Shown here in pieces: positions 49,529 to 61,000 of a DNA stretch of 64,000 nt; the stretch's first letter is position 1; each line of letters begins with the position of its first letter. Under the pieces are notes generated by a model that was given only the letters and a program-made list of their open reading frames with translations, was not told the origin of the DNA and did not search any database. This DNA comes from Camelus ferus (taxonomy: Eukaryota): assembly GCF_009834535.1 (NCBI RefSeq), contig NC_045696.1, forward strand, positions 99,078,001 through 99,142,000. The letters are read 5' to 3'. The position numbers and the translations under genes were made by a program.

Positions 49529-50914
49529 TAAAGTTTGCCTCCTGTTCACCCTCCTTATGAAAATAGAGAAGGAAAGATTCACTTCCAGTCTATATTCTGT
49601 TAAAAAATTAGTGTTTAAAATACAATTTCTACTCTCCACACTTTTTTTTTTTTTTTGGCCTTTTCTCTACTTATTTATATTGAGGTAAGTATCTAACTTG
49701 GTTGGATTTATTTTACTCCCAACCTGGAAAGTTAAAGTACAATTAAGAAATGTGTATTTAAAAAATTTAGTCTACCTTTTTTTCACTGCCAAGGGATAGA
49801 AATATTATATGGGAAAAAAGTTGGATAATAAAATTGTGAATAACTCATTTCCCTCAAGGCAGAAATAAACTTTAAAAATTGACTACATAACTAAAATTAA
49901 CTTAAATATAAAAATCAATTAACTTGGCCTTTGCATTGAATTGTCCAGCTGCTTCATGAGAAATGATGCCCTGGAGGAGGGGAAAAAGAACAGTTTTCTT
50001 TACAGTATGAAGAAAAGCATGATTTCTGAGTTCTTACTCCCAAGGACATGAATGTTCACTTTGACTTCATAGAATGCTGCACTGTGTCTGTTTATTCATG
50101 TGGCTTAGTTTAATTGCTACTGTGTTGTTTCTGAGGTACTTAAAATTCAGTAATGAAGACTCACATAATGAAGTATTATGTAGACTAATTAATGAATATA
50201 TAAAGCCACATAATGCCACATAAAGTTATCGCAAATGCCAACTGTTATCATCATACATGTCAGACTTAATTTTGCTTCTGAATCCACTGAGCGGGGCTCC
50301 TAATTCTATCTTCACCACGATATGACATGGTGATAGTCCACAGCTCCTCCCCAGCTCCTCAGTATAAGAACCTCCTATCTGGCAGAAAATCAGAGACAGA
50401 AACTGGATTTTGAATAAAGAAAGCCACATATTTAATTTAAAATGATGGTTCTGTCATTGCCTACCTCTCTGATTTTTGCCTAATGCATTTGAAATTCATT
50501 TGTCATGAGTTTTTCAATGAGAATCGGAATATTCTCCTACTCAACACATACCAGCTAAATGTATGTCACATTCCAAGGCACTGGGGAGACAACAGTGAAC
50601 ACAGCGCAGCCCCAATTTCAAGGAATAAGGCAGGAAGGTGATTGATTTTGACAGATATGCAGAATATCTGCATTCATATGGGTCCTATCCCTCAAATCTG
50701 AGGTCTAGGAGTGTTACGTAAGTACAATTCAGTTTCGTTGACTTGGAAGCATTTTCTTTCCAGATCTCTACCTCAGTTACGAAGCCTGGCCAATAAATGA
50801 CTTCTGACACTTCTAAGAATTGAATCCACCCTCCAAGTACACAACTGTATCATGAGTCATTCAGATGTGTGTCAGCAGCCCTAAAAGGAATTTCAAAGAA
50901 GGATCTTAAAACTG

Positions 50915-51330
50915 GAGCCAATTGGTAGTATCTCCTACATGCTAGGCATTGTGCCAGTTCCCCTAGAAACAATATTAAATTGAATCTTCCCCACAGTGCT
51001 ATGAGTTGACCCTGTAATATGCTGCCATAGTAACTGGTTCTTATCTGCATCGTGGTGCTTCATATACCCTACCTCCTACGTGATTCCTTGAGACAGAGGC
51101 TGCGCTGTATGCACTGTTGTCTTTCCCAGAGCCTAGGGAAGGGGAAGGAGCATGTCATAACATCTGCAAATAGTTTTACAACTATTTAATTTTACATTAA
51201 ATTTTAAAACTCATGACACTGAGTTTCAAAGAGCTTAGGCAAGATCAGAGAGCTAGAAAATGGCAGAACTATCACTTAATTTTTTTTTTCCTAATTCAAG
51301 ATCTGGCTTGTCTCTGATATTCTGCTAAAT
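50915..51330. mobile_element. degenerate MIR/L2 fragments
   Basis: tacatgctaggcattgtgcc..ttgaatcttccccac; tccttgagacagaggctg; acactgagtttcaaagagc..agctagaaaatggcagaac. Confidence 0.5.
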
Positions 51331-51439
51331 AGAGGTTCCTATACTAGAAGCCAGGCAAGAACTGTGATCCATTGACATAAACTAAATGAAGCAGTGAAAA
51401 TAGCATTAGGTATCAAGTATTATGGCTAATTCAAAAATG

Positions 51440-52085
51440 AAGACTCCAGTTGGGGTGCACTCTGCTGTATTGCCGTGGAAATACAAAACGGTACAATCAC
51501 TTTGGAAAATAGTTTGGTGGTTTCTTACAAAGTTAAGTGTATATTTACCTCATGACTTAGCGATGCCACTCCTGAGTATTTATGCAAATGAAATGAAAAT
51601 CTATGTTTACTTAAAAACCTGAACATGAATGTTTATAGCAACTCTATTCACAATCACCAAAAAGGGAAACAACCCAATACCCTTCCATTGCTGGATAGAT
51701 TAACAAACTGTGCTACATCCCTACAATGGAATACTACTCAGGAATAAAAAAGGAAACAACTACTAACACATACAACAACATGGATGAATCACAAAGGTAT
51801 TATACAGTGTGAAAGAAGTCAAACTTAAGAGGCTACATACGTAAAATTCCACTTATATGACATTCTGGAAAAGACAATACCACAAAAACAGTAACCAGAA
51901 AGAAACTGTCAGGGACCACAGTAGGGGCAAGGGTTGACTATAACATGATATGAGAAAATTTGGGGAAGCAATGCAACAATATCTTGATTATGATGATGGC
52001 TATATGACTGTATACAGTTGGCTCTCACAGTACTGTACAATAACGAAGGCCAATTTTACTGTAGCTCTTAATTTAAAAAGAGCAA
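51440..52085 (+). mobile_element. L1MB/L1MC-type 3' region
   Basis: gtacaatcactttggaaaatagtttgg...caatggaatactactcag...tatatgacattctggaaaag. Confidence 0.9.
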
Positions 52086-52114
52086 AAAGTCAAGAGAAGC
52101 AAAAAAATAACAAT

Positions 52115-52560
52115 AAGTAAGCATACACTCACTGTAAGACCCTGGAATTCCACTCCTAGGTATTTACCCAAGAAAAACAAATACATATGTCCTGAAAACA
52201 CCATTATGAGGAGTGGTTAGAAGAATTTAAAAAGTACTAAAATTGGGCTAGGAAGAGAAGGAAGACAGGGCTAGTGTGAGCTACTTCTCACCTCTCATCA
52301 CGGGAAGACAACTGATACGTCTTAAGTTGACAAATCAAAGACTTATAGGAATCTGCACATTATTTGATATTAATAGAGCTAAGTCAGAGAAGAACTTAAA
52401 CAGAAGCAATTAAAACTGTTGCCTCTAGGGACTGAGACTGAAGGCAGGGAAGGGTGGGGAAGAAAGCAAGTCCTCTTCAAATATGTGTTCTTTACTATTT
52501 GATTTTTTTCATCAGGTCAATATATTACTTTAATTAAAATTCTTAAATTAAGAAAATTTA
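52115..52560 (+). mobile_element. old L1ME 3' fragment
   Basis: gaccctggaattccactcctaggtatttacccaagaa...gttgcctctagggac...tactatttgattttt. Confidence 0.6.
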
Positions 52561-54049
52561 ATATGTTTCTCAAGTGTGCTATCACATTAGATAGCACTTT
52601 TTCCACACTAAATCTCATCAGGAAACCACATCTGAGGATATATTTTTTAATTGGCAAGTAAAATTATACACATTAAGTTTTCAGCTACACCTGAGATATA
52701 AATTGGAAATCATAATTACTTATGAGTGCCTCTGCACATTTAAACTTCTACTAGGCACCATACAGTGGAGTAATTACAGAGTCAGAGGTAAACCCTTCAA
52801 GAGGCTCACTTCCTGGAAAAGAAAATATTTTAGGGAAATACAAGAATGCTTGCTGAGCAACAGTCTCAACCAAGGTGACTGATGTCAAGGAAGGACAAAC
52901 TTCCTCTTAACCTGGAAGGATGATAAGGCAAGCTTCTCTTCTCGTCCAAACAAGCCAAGGCCAGAAGAGAAGGAAAATGGGTTCCAGGTGTGAGTACTCT
53001 GAGGGAGTTTTATATGACACAAAGGAAAGCAGAACACATCCATTTTCCGTTCCTCCCAGCTGTTCTAGTGGCGTCAAGTGCTGCTGTCCTGCCCACATAC
53101 ATCTGCTGGCAGAATGGCATCTGTAGCTGATTGCCTCCAGGTGTGTGCCTGAAGGAAGCTCCTGAAAGTCAGTGCAAACTGGGAACCTGGCCTCCAGGAC
53201 CAGATGCGGGTCTGCAGAAACCTGCAGACCTCTGCAGATATATTTTGAGAAATAAAGTTGAGATCAAGTTCTGAAAAACAGAGATGACATAAATTAAGAA
53301 CTTGGGAAATTATTTTTAGGACATTTTATATTTACATATCTAGAATATTTTATTTTGTATAAAGCTTCTGTGTGGCTCATGAATAAAAACTTTGGGTTCT
53401 ACTTCTTCTCAAAGATGAAACAGTCTACCATTTTTGCCAGACATTTATTATTTGCTACAACACCTGATCTAGATGTTAAGAACTCAGATTCTGAAGGGGC
53501 AAAATCCATATAGAATGAAGCAACTATGGAAAACTCGAAGACTGAATGACGGTGAGGATTATTACCATGTATTTTCTAATAGTGTGCTCCTCTAATCAAA
53601 AAAAAAATTGTCAAAAAACAGGAGAAAATATCAAAATGTCATATTTATAAACACTTGAGTCAGCTTACTTCTTGAAAGATATTTTTCCAAAGAGCATTTT
53701 TTCCTGAAATGGCCTGGATTCAACTAGAGAGAATAAAGTGGAATAGACAAATTTTCTTAATCTTAAATAGAGATGAATGACATTTACTTGTGTATCCTGA
53801 TTGTCCCCATGAGGGTGCTCTTATACTATCTTTCCATTCTGTCACGTGTTCTAGAAGAGTTAATCTGAAATCACAGCGGTAGTCAAATTCTTACTTTGTT
53901 GCATAGTATTAATTATATGTGTGTATACGCATAGCCACACACTTTTTTAAATGATAGCAAGCTATCACAAAAGATGCATTTCTGCTTCTGTGCCTCTTCC
54001 CTAATAAGCATTGGACATTTTTGATATTCAGTTCCAGATATTATCTATT

Positions 54050-54370
54050 CTTGCATTTATTTATTTACTATTTGTTGAGTATGAATTTTGCTAGTACTGG
54101 CCGGAAAAGAAGTTGAAAACAAAACAGATGCTGATTCTGACCTCAAAAATCCTAGGGTCTGACTAGAGATGATAAAATATGTATAAAACCCATAATGTAG
54201 GTAAAAGTACAAATAAGAAAGATTCTGGTGAAGCATTAATGGGTAAGGGACTAGAGATGTTACTTCTAGACCGAAGAGTCATAGGATTCACGGAGAAGTT
54301 AGCATATAGACTGGGTCGTGAATATGAGTAGGATTTAGGAAAATGAATGTGACAGAGGCATGATGTTATA
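54050..54370 (-). mobile_element. L2 3' region
   Basis: catttatttatttactatttgttgagt...ctgacctcaaaaatcctagggtctg...gaatatgagtaggattt. Confidence 0.6.
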
Positions 54371-54759
54371 GGCAGAAGGAAAAGTTTGATTTGTGGTCCC
54401 ATGTTTTGTTTGCAAAATCTCTAAACTAAGCAGAAAGAGTAGATTACCACAACTTATATGGTAATTAACCATTGGCACCAGAGGCAACAAACACAAACGT
54501 TACCTGAAAGTCTAATGTTGAAGTGAAGAAGTAGCACTGCAGTTACACGCAGCATTCCATTAGAGATCCTAGCTAACACAATAAGACAAGAAGAAGAAAT
54601 AAGAAGTGTGAGAACTAAAAAGAAAATAGTCATTATTCATGCCTGATATAATTTTCTAACTGGAAAATGCAAAAGTAACTACAGACCAACATACAAAAAC
54701 CAGTATCTTCTTTTATAGCAGCAAAGACTAAGGAGTAGGGATAATAAAAGTTGGGTCAG

Positions 54760-54960
54760 TGCTAATAATTCAAATATATTACGTACTATCTTCTAGGCAT
54801 GTATTATCTCAATTGCTCTTTACAACAACCCTATTAAATAAGTGCTATAATTATTCCTAACTGAGAGCTACATAAATTGAGATAAACATAGTAATTGGTA
54901 GAGGCAGGATTTGAACTCAGGCCCTTGGATCCAGAACCCAGATTTCTTAACCACTATCTG
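54760..54960 (-). mobile_element. MIR
   Basis: ctttacaacaaccctat...agtaattggtagaggcaggatttgaactcagg...ttcttaaccact. Confidence 0.8.
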
Positions 54961-55395
54961 CTCTACACTAAGGAAAAATTCCATTAACAACACTAGTATA
55001 ATCAATAAGGTTGTTAGGAATAAATCTAACAAAGGGAGAATGAGGCCTGTACAGAGAAAATTATCAAATTTTAAGGAAGGACGTTAAAAAGCCTTTAAAA
55101 ACTGGGGAGATATACAATGTTCAGAGTTGAAAAGACTCAATAGCATAAAGTTGCTATTCCCCATATTTGATTTATGGATTCAGTGCAAATCTAATCAAAA
55201 TACCAACGAGTTTCATTTCAATAGGCTTACCCTAAAATTCACATGAAAAGCAAATAGCCAAAAATGGTCAGTACAAAAAGGTAGAACTCTCTCTAGTACC
55301 TACTGAGACATAATATAATAATACATTAATTTAAATGATGTGGCGTTTGTGCACACAAAAATCAATAGCTCAATTAAATAATATGGAGAGGCCAG

Positions 55396-55554
55396 GGAAC
55401 TATATTCAACATCTTGTAGTAACTTGTGGTGAAAAAGAATATGAAAACGAATATATGTATGTTCATGTATGACTGAAGCACTGTGTTGTGCACCAGAAAT
55501 TGACACAACACTGTAAACTGACTATACTTCAATAAATATATATATTAAAATAAT
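55396..55554 (+). mobile_element. younger 5'-truncated L1 3' end with perfect TSD
   Basis: ggaactatattcaacatcttgtagtaac...tgtaaactgactatacttcaata; TSD atatggagaggccag at 55381-55395 and 55555-55569. Confidence 0.95.
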
Positions 55555-55849
55555 ATATGGAGAGGCCAGAAACAACCCTACACAGATCCGGGAATTTGGC
55601 AGATGGTATTATAATGCAGTGAATAAAGGATGCTCTACTCAAGGAAAGAGGCCCAAAAAATTGGTTATCCATGTGATATAGAATAAAATAAGATATGTAA
55701 CACACTCTAACACCTAAATAAATTCCAGATGAAAAAGACTTAAATGTACCTCATGCATGAGAAAAGAGGAAAATACAGTGATGGTTTTTATGACCTCATG
55801 ATATGTAAAGTTTGTTTAAATAAAATGTCTCATAGAAGAAAATGTTGAT

Positions 55850-55980
55850 GGGGGCAGGTATAGTGCAGTGGTAGGGCTCATGCTTAACATGCCAAAGTCC
55901 TGGGTTCAATCCCCCGCACCACCATTAAAAAAAAAAAAAAGACAATAAAATAATAATAATAAATAATTTTTTTAAAAAGA
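55850..55980 (+). mobile_element. tRNA-derived SINE (camelid Vic-1 type), more diverged
   Basis: gggggcaggtatagtgcagtggtagggc...gtcctgggttcaatccccc..accatt then A-rich tail; TSD aagaaaatgttgat (55836-55849) / aagaaaatattgat (55981-55994). Confidence 0.9.
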
Positions 55981-57722
55981 AAGAAAATATTGATAAATTT
56001 GTCAACTTTAAAATGAAAATACCTGTATAATAAGATATATATATATGCATTTATGGACAAATATGAAATAGGAAGAGAATATTGGCGTGAATGTTATACA
56101 CAAATAACTTGGGATGTTTTTAGTAGAAAATGGGAAAAGGTTATGCATAGGCAATTCAAGAAGAGAAACTTCACAAGACAAAGAAACCTTTATCACTTTG
56201 CTCAATCTCACTAGAAGTCAGAGAAATACAAATGTAAATTAAAATAACAATGAGATAGGATTTTATACACATTAAGTTCACCAGATGCAGGATGCATAGA
56301 ATACCAAACCATTTATCTAAATTTTAAGCATGACAAACAATACTCTTTTGTTTACAGATTATAGCTTGAAATGTATTAAAAACATGAAAAGGGAGTAAAC
56401 ACACCAATATGAGAACAGTGATTGCCTAGGAGGAGAAAGGGAAGTAAAGGAGATTGAAGAAGGTAAAAGAGGAATTTTAACTACTTCTGAAAAAATGACT
56501 TGAAGCAAATACAGCAAACTGCCAACATCTGTTACATCGGTGTGTTGGCTACATGCATGCTTGTTACATTATTTCCATACTTATCTGCAGTTTTAAATTT
56601 TTTTAATATTTTTTAAGTTCAGTGATAATTTTCCAAAACTACTGTATTTCCACAGTTTTTTCATGCATTCTGATTATTCCAACGAATGTACTTGCTACTT
56701 CAGTTCATAGAGTCCAGGGAACATAAAGAATGAAATTCAATCCCTTCCCTAAAGAGTTCATACTGTGGTTGGAGAGTCGTACATATAAAGAAAGGAAAGA
56801 CAATGAGGCAGCAGGTAATAAAAACAAAAAAGAAATTAAATTCAGAATTAGCTTACTATATATTACCCCTATCTTTTCTCTACTTGTTTGTCTTTAAATT
56901 TCTTAAAGGAACCATATTTATCTGATCTCTCTCCCCTTGCCTTCACTCCATAATTTTAAATACTCTCTGCCCCTTTCTGCATCTGCAGCATAAACATTGA
57001 CTCTTTTTCAAAGTCTAGTACCACGGGGCATGAAGGATGTCCACACTATTTTTTCTTCACTCCCATTTTTGTTTGACTAGGCCGAACCAGACCCACTAGG
57101 AGTAAGACAGATGATTTGCAAAATAGTGAGTCATTTCCATGTGTATGAGCAATAAGGGATTACTTTTTATAATCTAACAGTAGTCTCATTCTCCAGCTAG
57201 AATGATAAATGATAGCCACCCCACTTCAAAGCCCCACTGAAGTTATTCACTGATCATTTCCTTTTAGAATAAGTTCAATAAGGAGACAAATATTTTTAAA
57301 GACAACTTAATGTGCATTTGTAGGATACACAGAATTATAACTGGAGAAAGGTAGAAATAAAGTATTCGAAAAAATTTTGCAGAAATATTTGATTTTTCCA
57401 AGTGTGAGTTGGGGGTTGTAAGTATAAAGGATTCCAAAAAAAGTCCAGCAAAAAAGGAAGGAAGAAACTTACCAGAAAGAGAAAATTTATGATAGATAAT
57501 CTAAGAATACGGAACAGGATTTTAGAAATAGATGTGGACACTTGTTATAAAAAACTGAGGTTTAACTAAATGCGTCTCTTGCATGGTGGCTCTTGAAAAT
57601 GCTTCTCAGAGAAACTGAAAGTTATTTTTTGAAATCATGGAACTGGATACATAGTTTTTTTGTTGACGTACTTTAACCATGACATGCCTCGATATAAAGT
57701 AAATCTATTATTTTGAATTATA

Positions 57723-58032
57723 AGAGTTAGCCTCCATATCTATGAGTTCCCCTTCCACAGAGTCAACAGAGAATCAAAAAAATTTTTTTTTAATTTCAGA
57801 AAGTTCCAGAAAGCAAACCTTGAACTTGCTGCATGCCTGCAATTATTTACATAGCATTTACACTGTACTAGGTAGTTTAAGTAACCTAGAGATTAAGGTA
57901 TAGAGGAGGATGTGCAGTAGGTTACATGCAAACACTACACCATTTTATATAAAAGACTTGAGCATCCAAGGATTTTGGTTTCTGTGGGGTTCCTGGAACC
58001 AGTTATCCAGCAGATACTAAGGAACAACTGTA
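57723..58032. mobile_element. MER2B-like TcMar-Tigger MITE
   Basis: agttagcctccatatct...aaagttccagaaagcaaaccttgaa...ccattttatataaaagacttgagcatc...agatactaaggaacaactgta. Confidence 0.9.
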
Positions 58033-58619
58033 TGTTTATAACAGAGCTTGGTCTGCAGCAAAGTAATATTGATGTTTCTAGGGTGCAAAATAGATCTAGG
58101 AATTTAAAACTACTGTATACTGTAAAATACATAGTCTTCTAAACCATAGTTTTCACAACTTACTTTCTCAGAAAAAAATTCTGAGAAAGTTTTTAAATAT
58201 GCTAACACTAGCATCGAATTTGTACCTGGCTGTTGGTAAGAAACTAAAATTTCTCTATATTTATGGAGGTATGAACAATATTCCAAAAACTAGGATAGAA
58301 AGGTATTTAAAAGATAAACTCATATGCTAATTCCTAACATTTCTACTTCACAAGTTAGAAGAAACCTTCAAATATTAAAAAGAAAAATACCTAATACATC
58401 AATATCCACAAAGAGGTGAGTATCGTTATGGCCTCTTCCTTCCCCTAACTTAGGTTGTTTTGTGTCAAAAACCAAAGAAAGGCTGGAGGGACAAAGACCA
58501 TCGTGACAGGTTCTCTCTCCAGGGCTCTGGCACAGACTCGGGGTATGAAGAAGAAAGGAAGGGGCGACTAGGCCTGAGAATAAAATGAGTAAAACCCCTA
58601 TGCTGGATTCAGCTCTATA

Positions 58620-58710
58620 TTTTTTTTAATTGAAGTATAGTCAGTTACAGTGTGTCAATATCTGGGGTATAGATGCTATCCCAGTCATGCATATATATAC
58701 ATACATTTTG
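58620..58710 (-). mobile_element. short younger L1 3' terminus
   Basis: ttttttaattgaagtatagtcagttacagtgtgtcaat is the reverse complement of the L1 tails at ~23060-23090 and ~55500-55535. Confidence 0.85.
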
Positions 58711-59338
58711 CAATCTCAACTAACCTCTAGCATTAGTTGAAGGTAATACTCCCTTCCCATGAGATGTTGTAATTCCCTTAGGAAAAAAGTCCCAGTGGGC
58801 TTGTCTGTCGGAAATTTACAGCCAACCCAAGCACAATCGAATTTAATGGAATCTTTGCTACCTATTTATAAAAGAAGAAAGACAGGGAAAAAAGATAAGC
58901 ATAGAGTTCAATCCAGGGGAAGGGAAAGCACGTAAAACATCTCAACATACAATACTGAAATCGGTCAAGTTCCTAAAATAAACCAAATTGAGAAATTGCC
59001 TCAATTTTTATTTTCTTTCTGCCTAGTAAAACACATGATTTCTATGACTTTTCTATTGGCTTTTTTCCCCTAGGTCTCTGCTTTCAAACCTGAAAAGACG
59101 TTACTTGGCAAATGGTTAAAAAAAAAAATCTATATAATAAAATATATGCTCTTTAAATAAAATTCAGGAGAAAGGATAATATAATTTACATATGAAAAAT
59201 GCCTAACATTTCACATTCTATGCAGAATTTAGTAAAATTTGGGACAAAAGGAAAATGATACCTATTTAGATTTCCCCAGCAAAGATGCCTTTTGAATTCT
59301 TGCTATTTAACTGTGTGGCCATGGAATTTGATGTAATG

Positions 59339-59700
59339 CAGGGTTTTTCAACTGGGGCACTATTGAAACTTCAGGCTGTGTAATTTTTTGTTATCTTAGG
59401 ATCTACTCTTTTTTTGCCAAATGACCTAAAATCCTAGAAGGAAAAAAATAAGTGGAAAAGATAACATCTAGTAAGAGTATGTCAGGGAGGCCAGGGGGTC
59501 ATCCTGCGCATGGATGTTTAATTGCATCCCTGGCCTCTTCCCCTCGATGCTCGAACCACCCACCCGCCCCTACTGCTACACACACACACACACACATACA
59601 CACACCAGCCCCTGGTTGTAAGAAGAGAAAATGTCTCCAAACTCTTCAAACATTCCAAATTCCACTGAGGGGCAAAACCATTTCTGGTTGAGAACCACCG
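59339..59700. mobile_element. MER20 hAT-Charlie MITE with 8 bp TSD, an internal ~90 bp insertion and (CA)n
   Basis: TIRs cagggtttttcaac / gttgagaaccaccg; TSD atgtaatg (59331-59338) / atgtaata (59701-59708); gcatccctggcctct and aaaatgtctcca internal motifs. Confidence 0.88.
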
Positions 59701-60594
59701 ATGTAATATTTTATCAAGTGTAGAGAAGCCACAAATATTTATTGCATGCCTGTCATATACAAAGCTGTGAATAATCCACTATCAAACTTGTAAAACTACA
59801 GTGTTTGCTTTTAGAAAGTTACTATGTACTTGGAGTTACAAAATGTACTTGTGTGACTATCTAAAGAGTAGCAGATTATAAATACAAAGTCAAAACTACA
59901 TATATAAGTATATCCTGTCACATATATACAGAGAGTTGTCCAACGGATTACTGAGGCAATCTCAATTCTGCAAGTCCAAAAGTGAGAGGGCCTATCATGG
60001 AAGAATCGAGAAAAGCTTTATGGATTAATGCAATTTTAGCTGCATCTTCAAGATTGGTTTTGAAGAGAAAACACTGGGTAAAAAACATTCTGCCCATCTC
60101 TGCAGAGGCACAGGTAATACAATTCTGGAAAGGAAGCTTGTAAAACAAAAATGAAGAAAAGATTCTTCTCTTTCCATTTTTAAAAAGAATTTATGCTTAA
60201 TTACATTGAGAAACAAAAATATTTCTCTATAGTTACTGCCATTTCAAATTTTACTCATACAATTCGTAAAGGGTCTGAACAATATTTTGTAGTGTACAAA
60301 TTTTAAGCTGTAGTTTGGGGCTTAGCAAAAAGCTAGCTCACAAATAAATATTTTGGATAGTCATCAGAAGAGAACACAGTGTAAATTCTCCGGTTGTTCG
60401 GTTTTTGTTTCACATAGGTAGAACTCATTACACATGCCAATTATTAATGTGTTTTGACGTTTCAAAATTTCTTTCACTTTCTGAATATTACTGTTCTTAA
60501 CCTTACATTAAATACTGATTAAATGTTAATAATTAGCATCCCAAACAAAAGTGATTAGACTACAACAGAAAGTTTCTCCATCGTTCGGTCTTGC

Positions 60595-60700
60595 TAGCTA
60601 CCATTTATTGAGCCCTGAAGGCTGGGCACTATACTAAGGACTTTACAATCATTTTTTCCATCCTCTGTTTTCAAAGATAACAAGTGTGAAAATGAAATTT
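60595..60700 (-). mobile_element. MIR fragment
   Basis: agctaccatttattgagc...gggcactatactaaggactttaca. Confidence 0.65.
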
Positions 60701-60968
60701 TTAAATCAAGTGAACGTAACATGTGGACTTCTACATGAAGAGAATTTACTTTGGAAAAACAATGATGTGCTGGAATTTACTGATCTCTCTATGTGCTGGT
60801 AGATGAATTTAGAAACAAGCATCTAATTAAAAACAGAAAGTTGAGGGAAGTATTATCTAGTAAATTTTGTCCAGTTTTAATCAATTTTGATAGATTCACA
60901 CCTTCTATTTTGTCTCTATCCTTTATTGCATTTTCATTGAACCTCAAAACATGCTACAAAGAAATGTT

Positions 60969-61000
60969 TAATGTTGAGATATACTAATGTTGAGATATAC
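60969..61000. repeat. perfect 16 bp tandem duplication
   Basis: taatgttgagatatac x2. Confidence 0.95.

Larger units (their letters stand above)
54420..56620 (+). mobile_element. old L1ME ORF2/3'UTR fossil hosting MIR, younger L1 and SINE insertions
   Basis: cctagctaacacaataagacaagaa, aggaataaatctaacaaa, aaagactcaatagcataaag, aaataaattccagatg, caatgagataggatttta. Confidence 0.8.
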
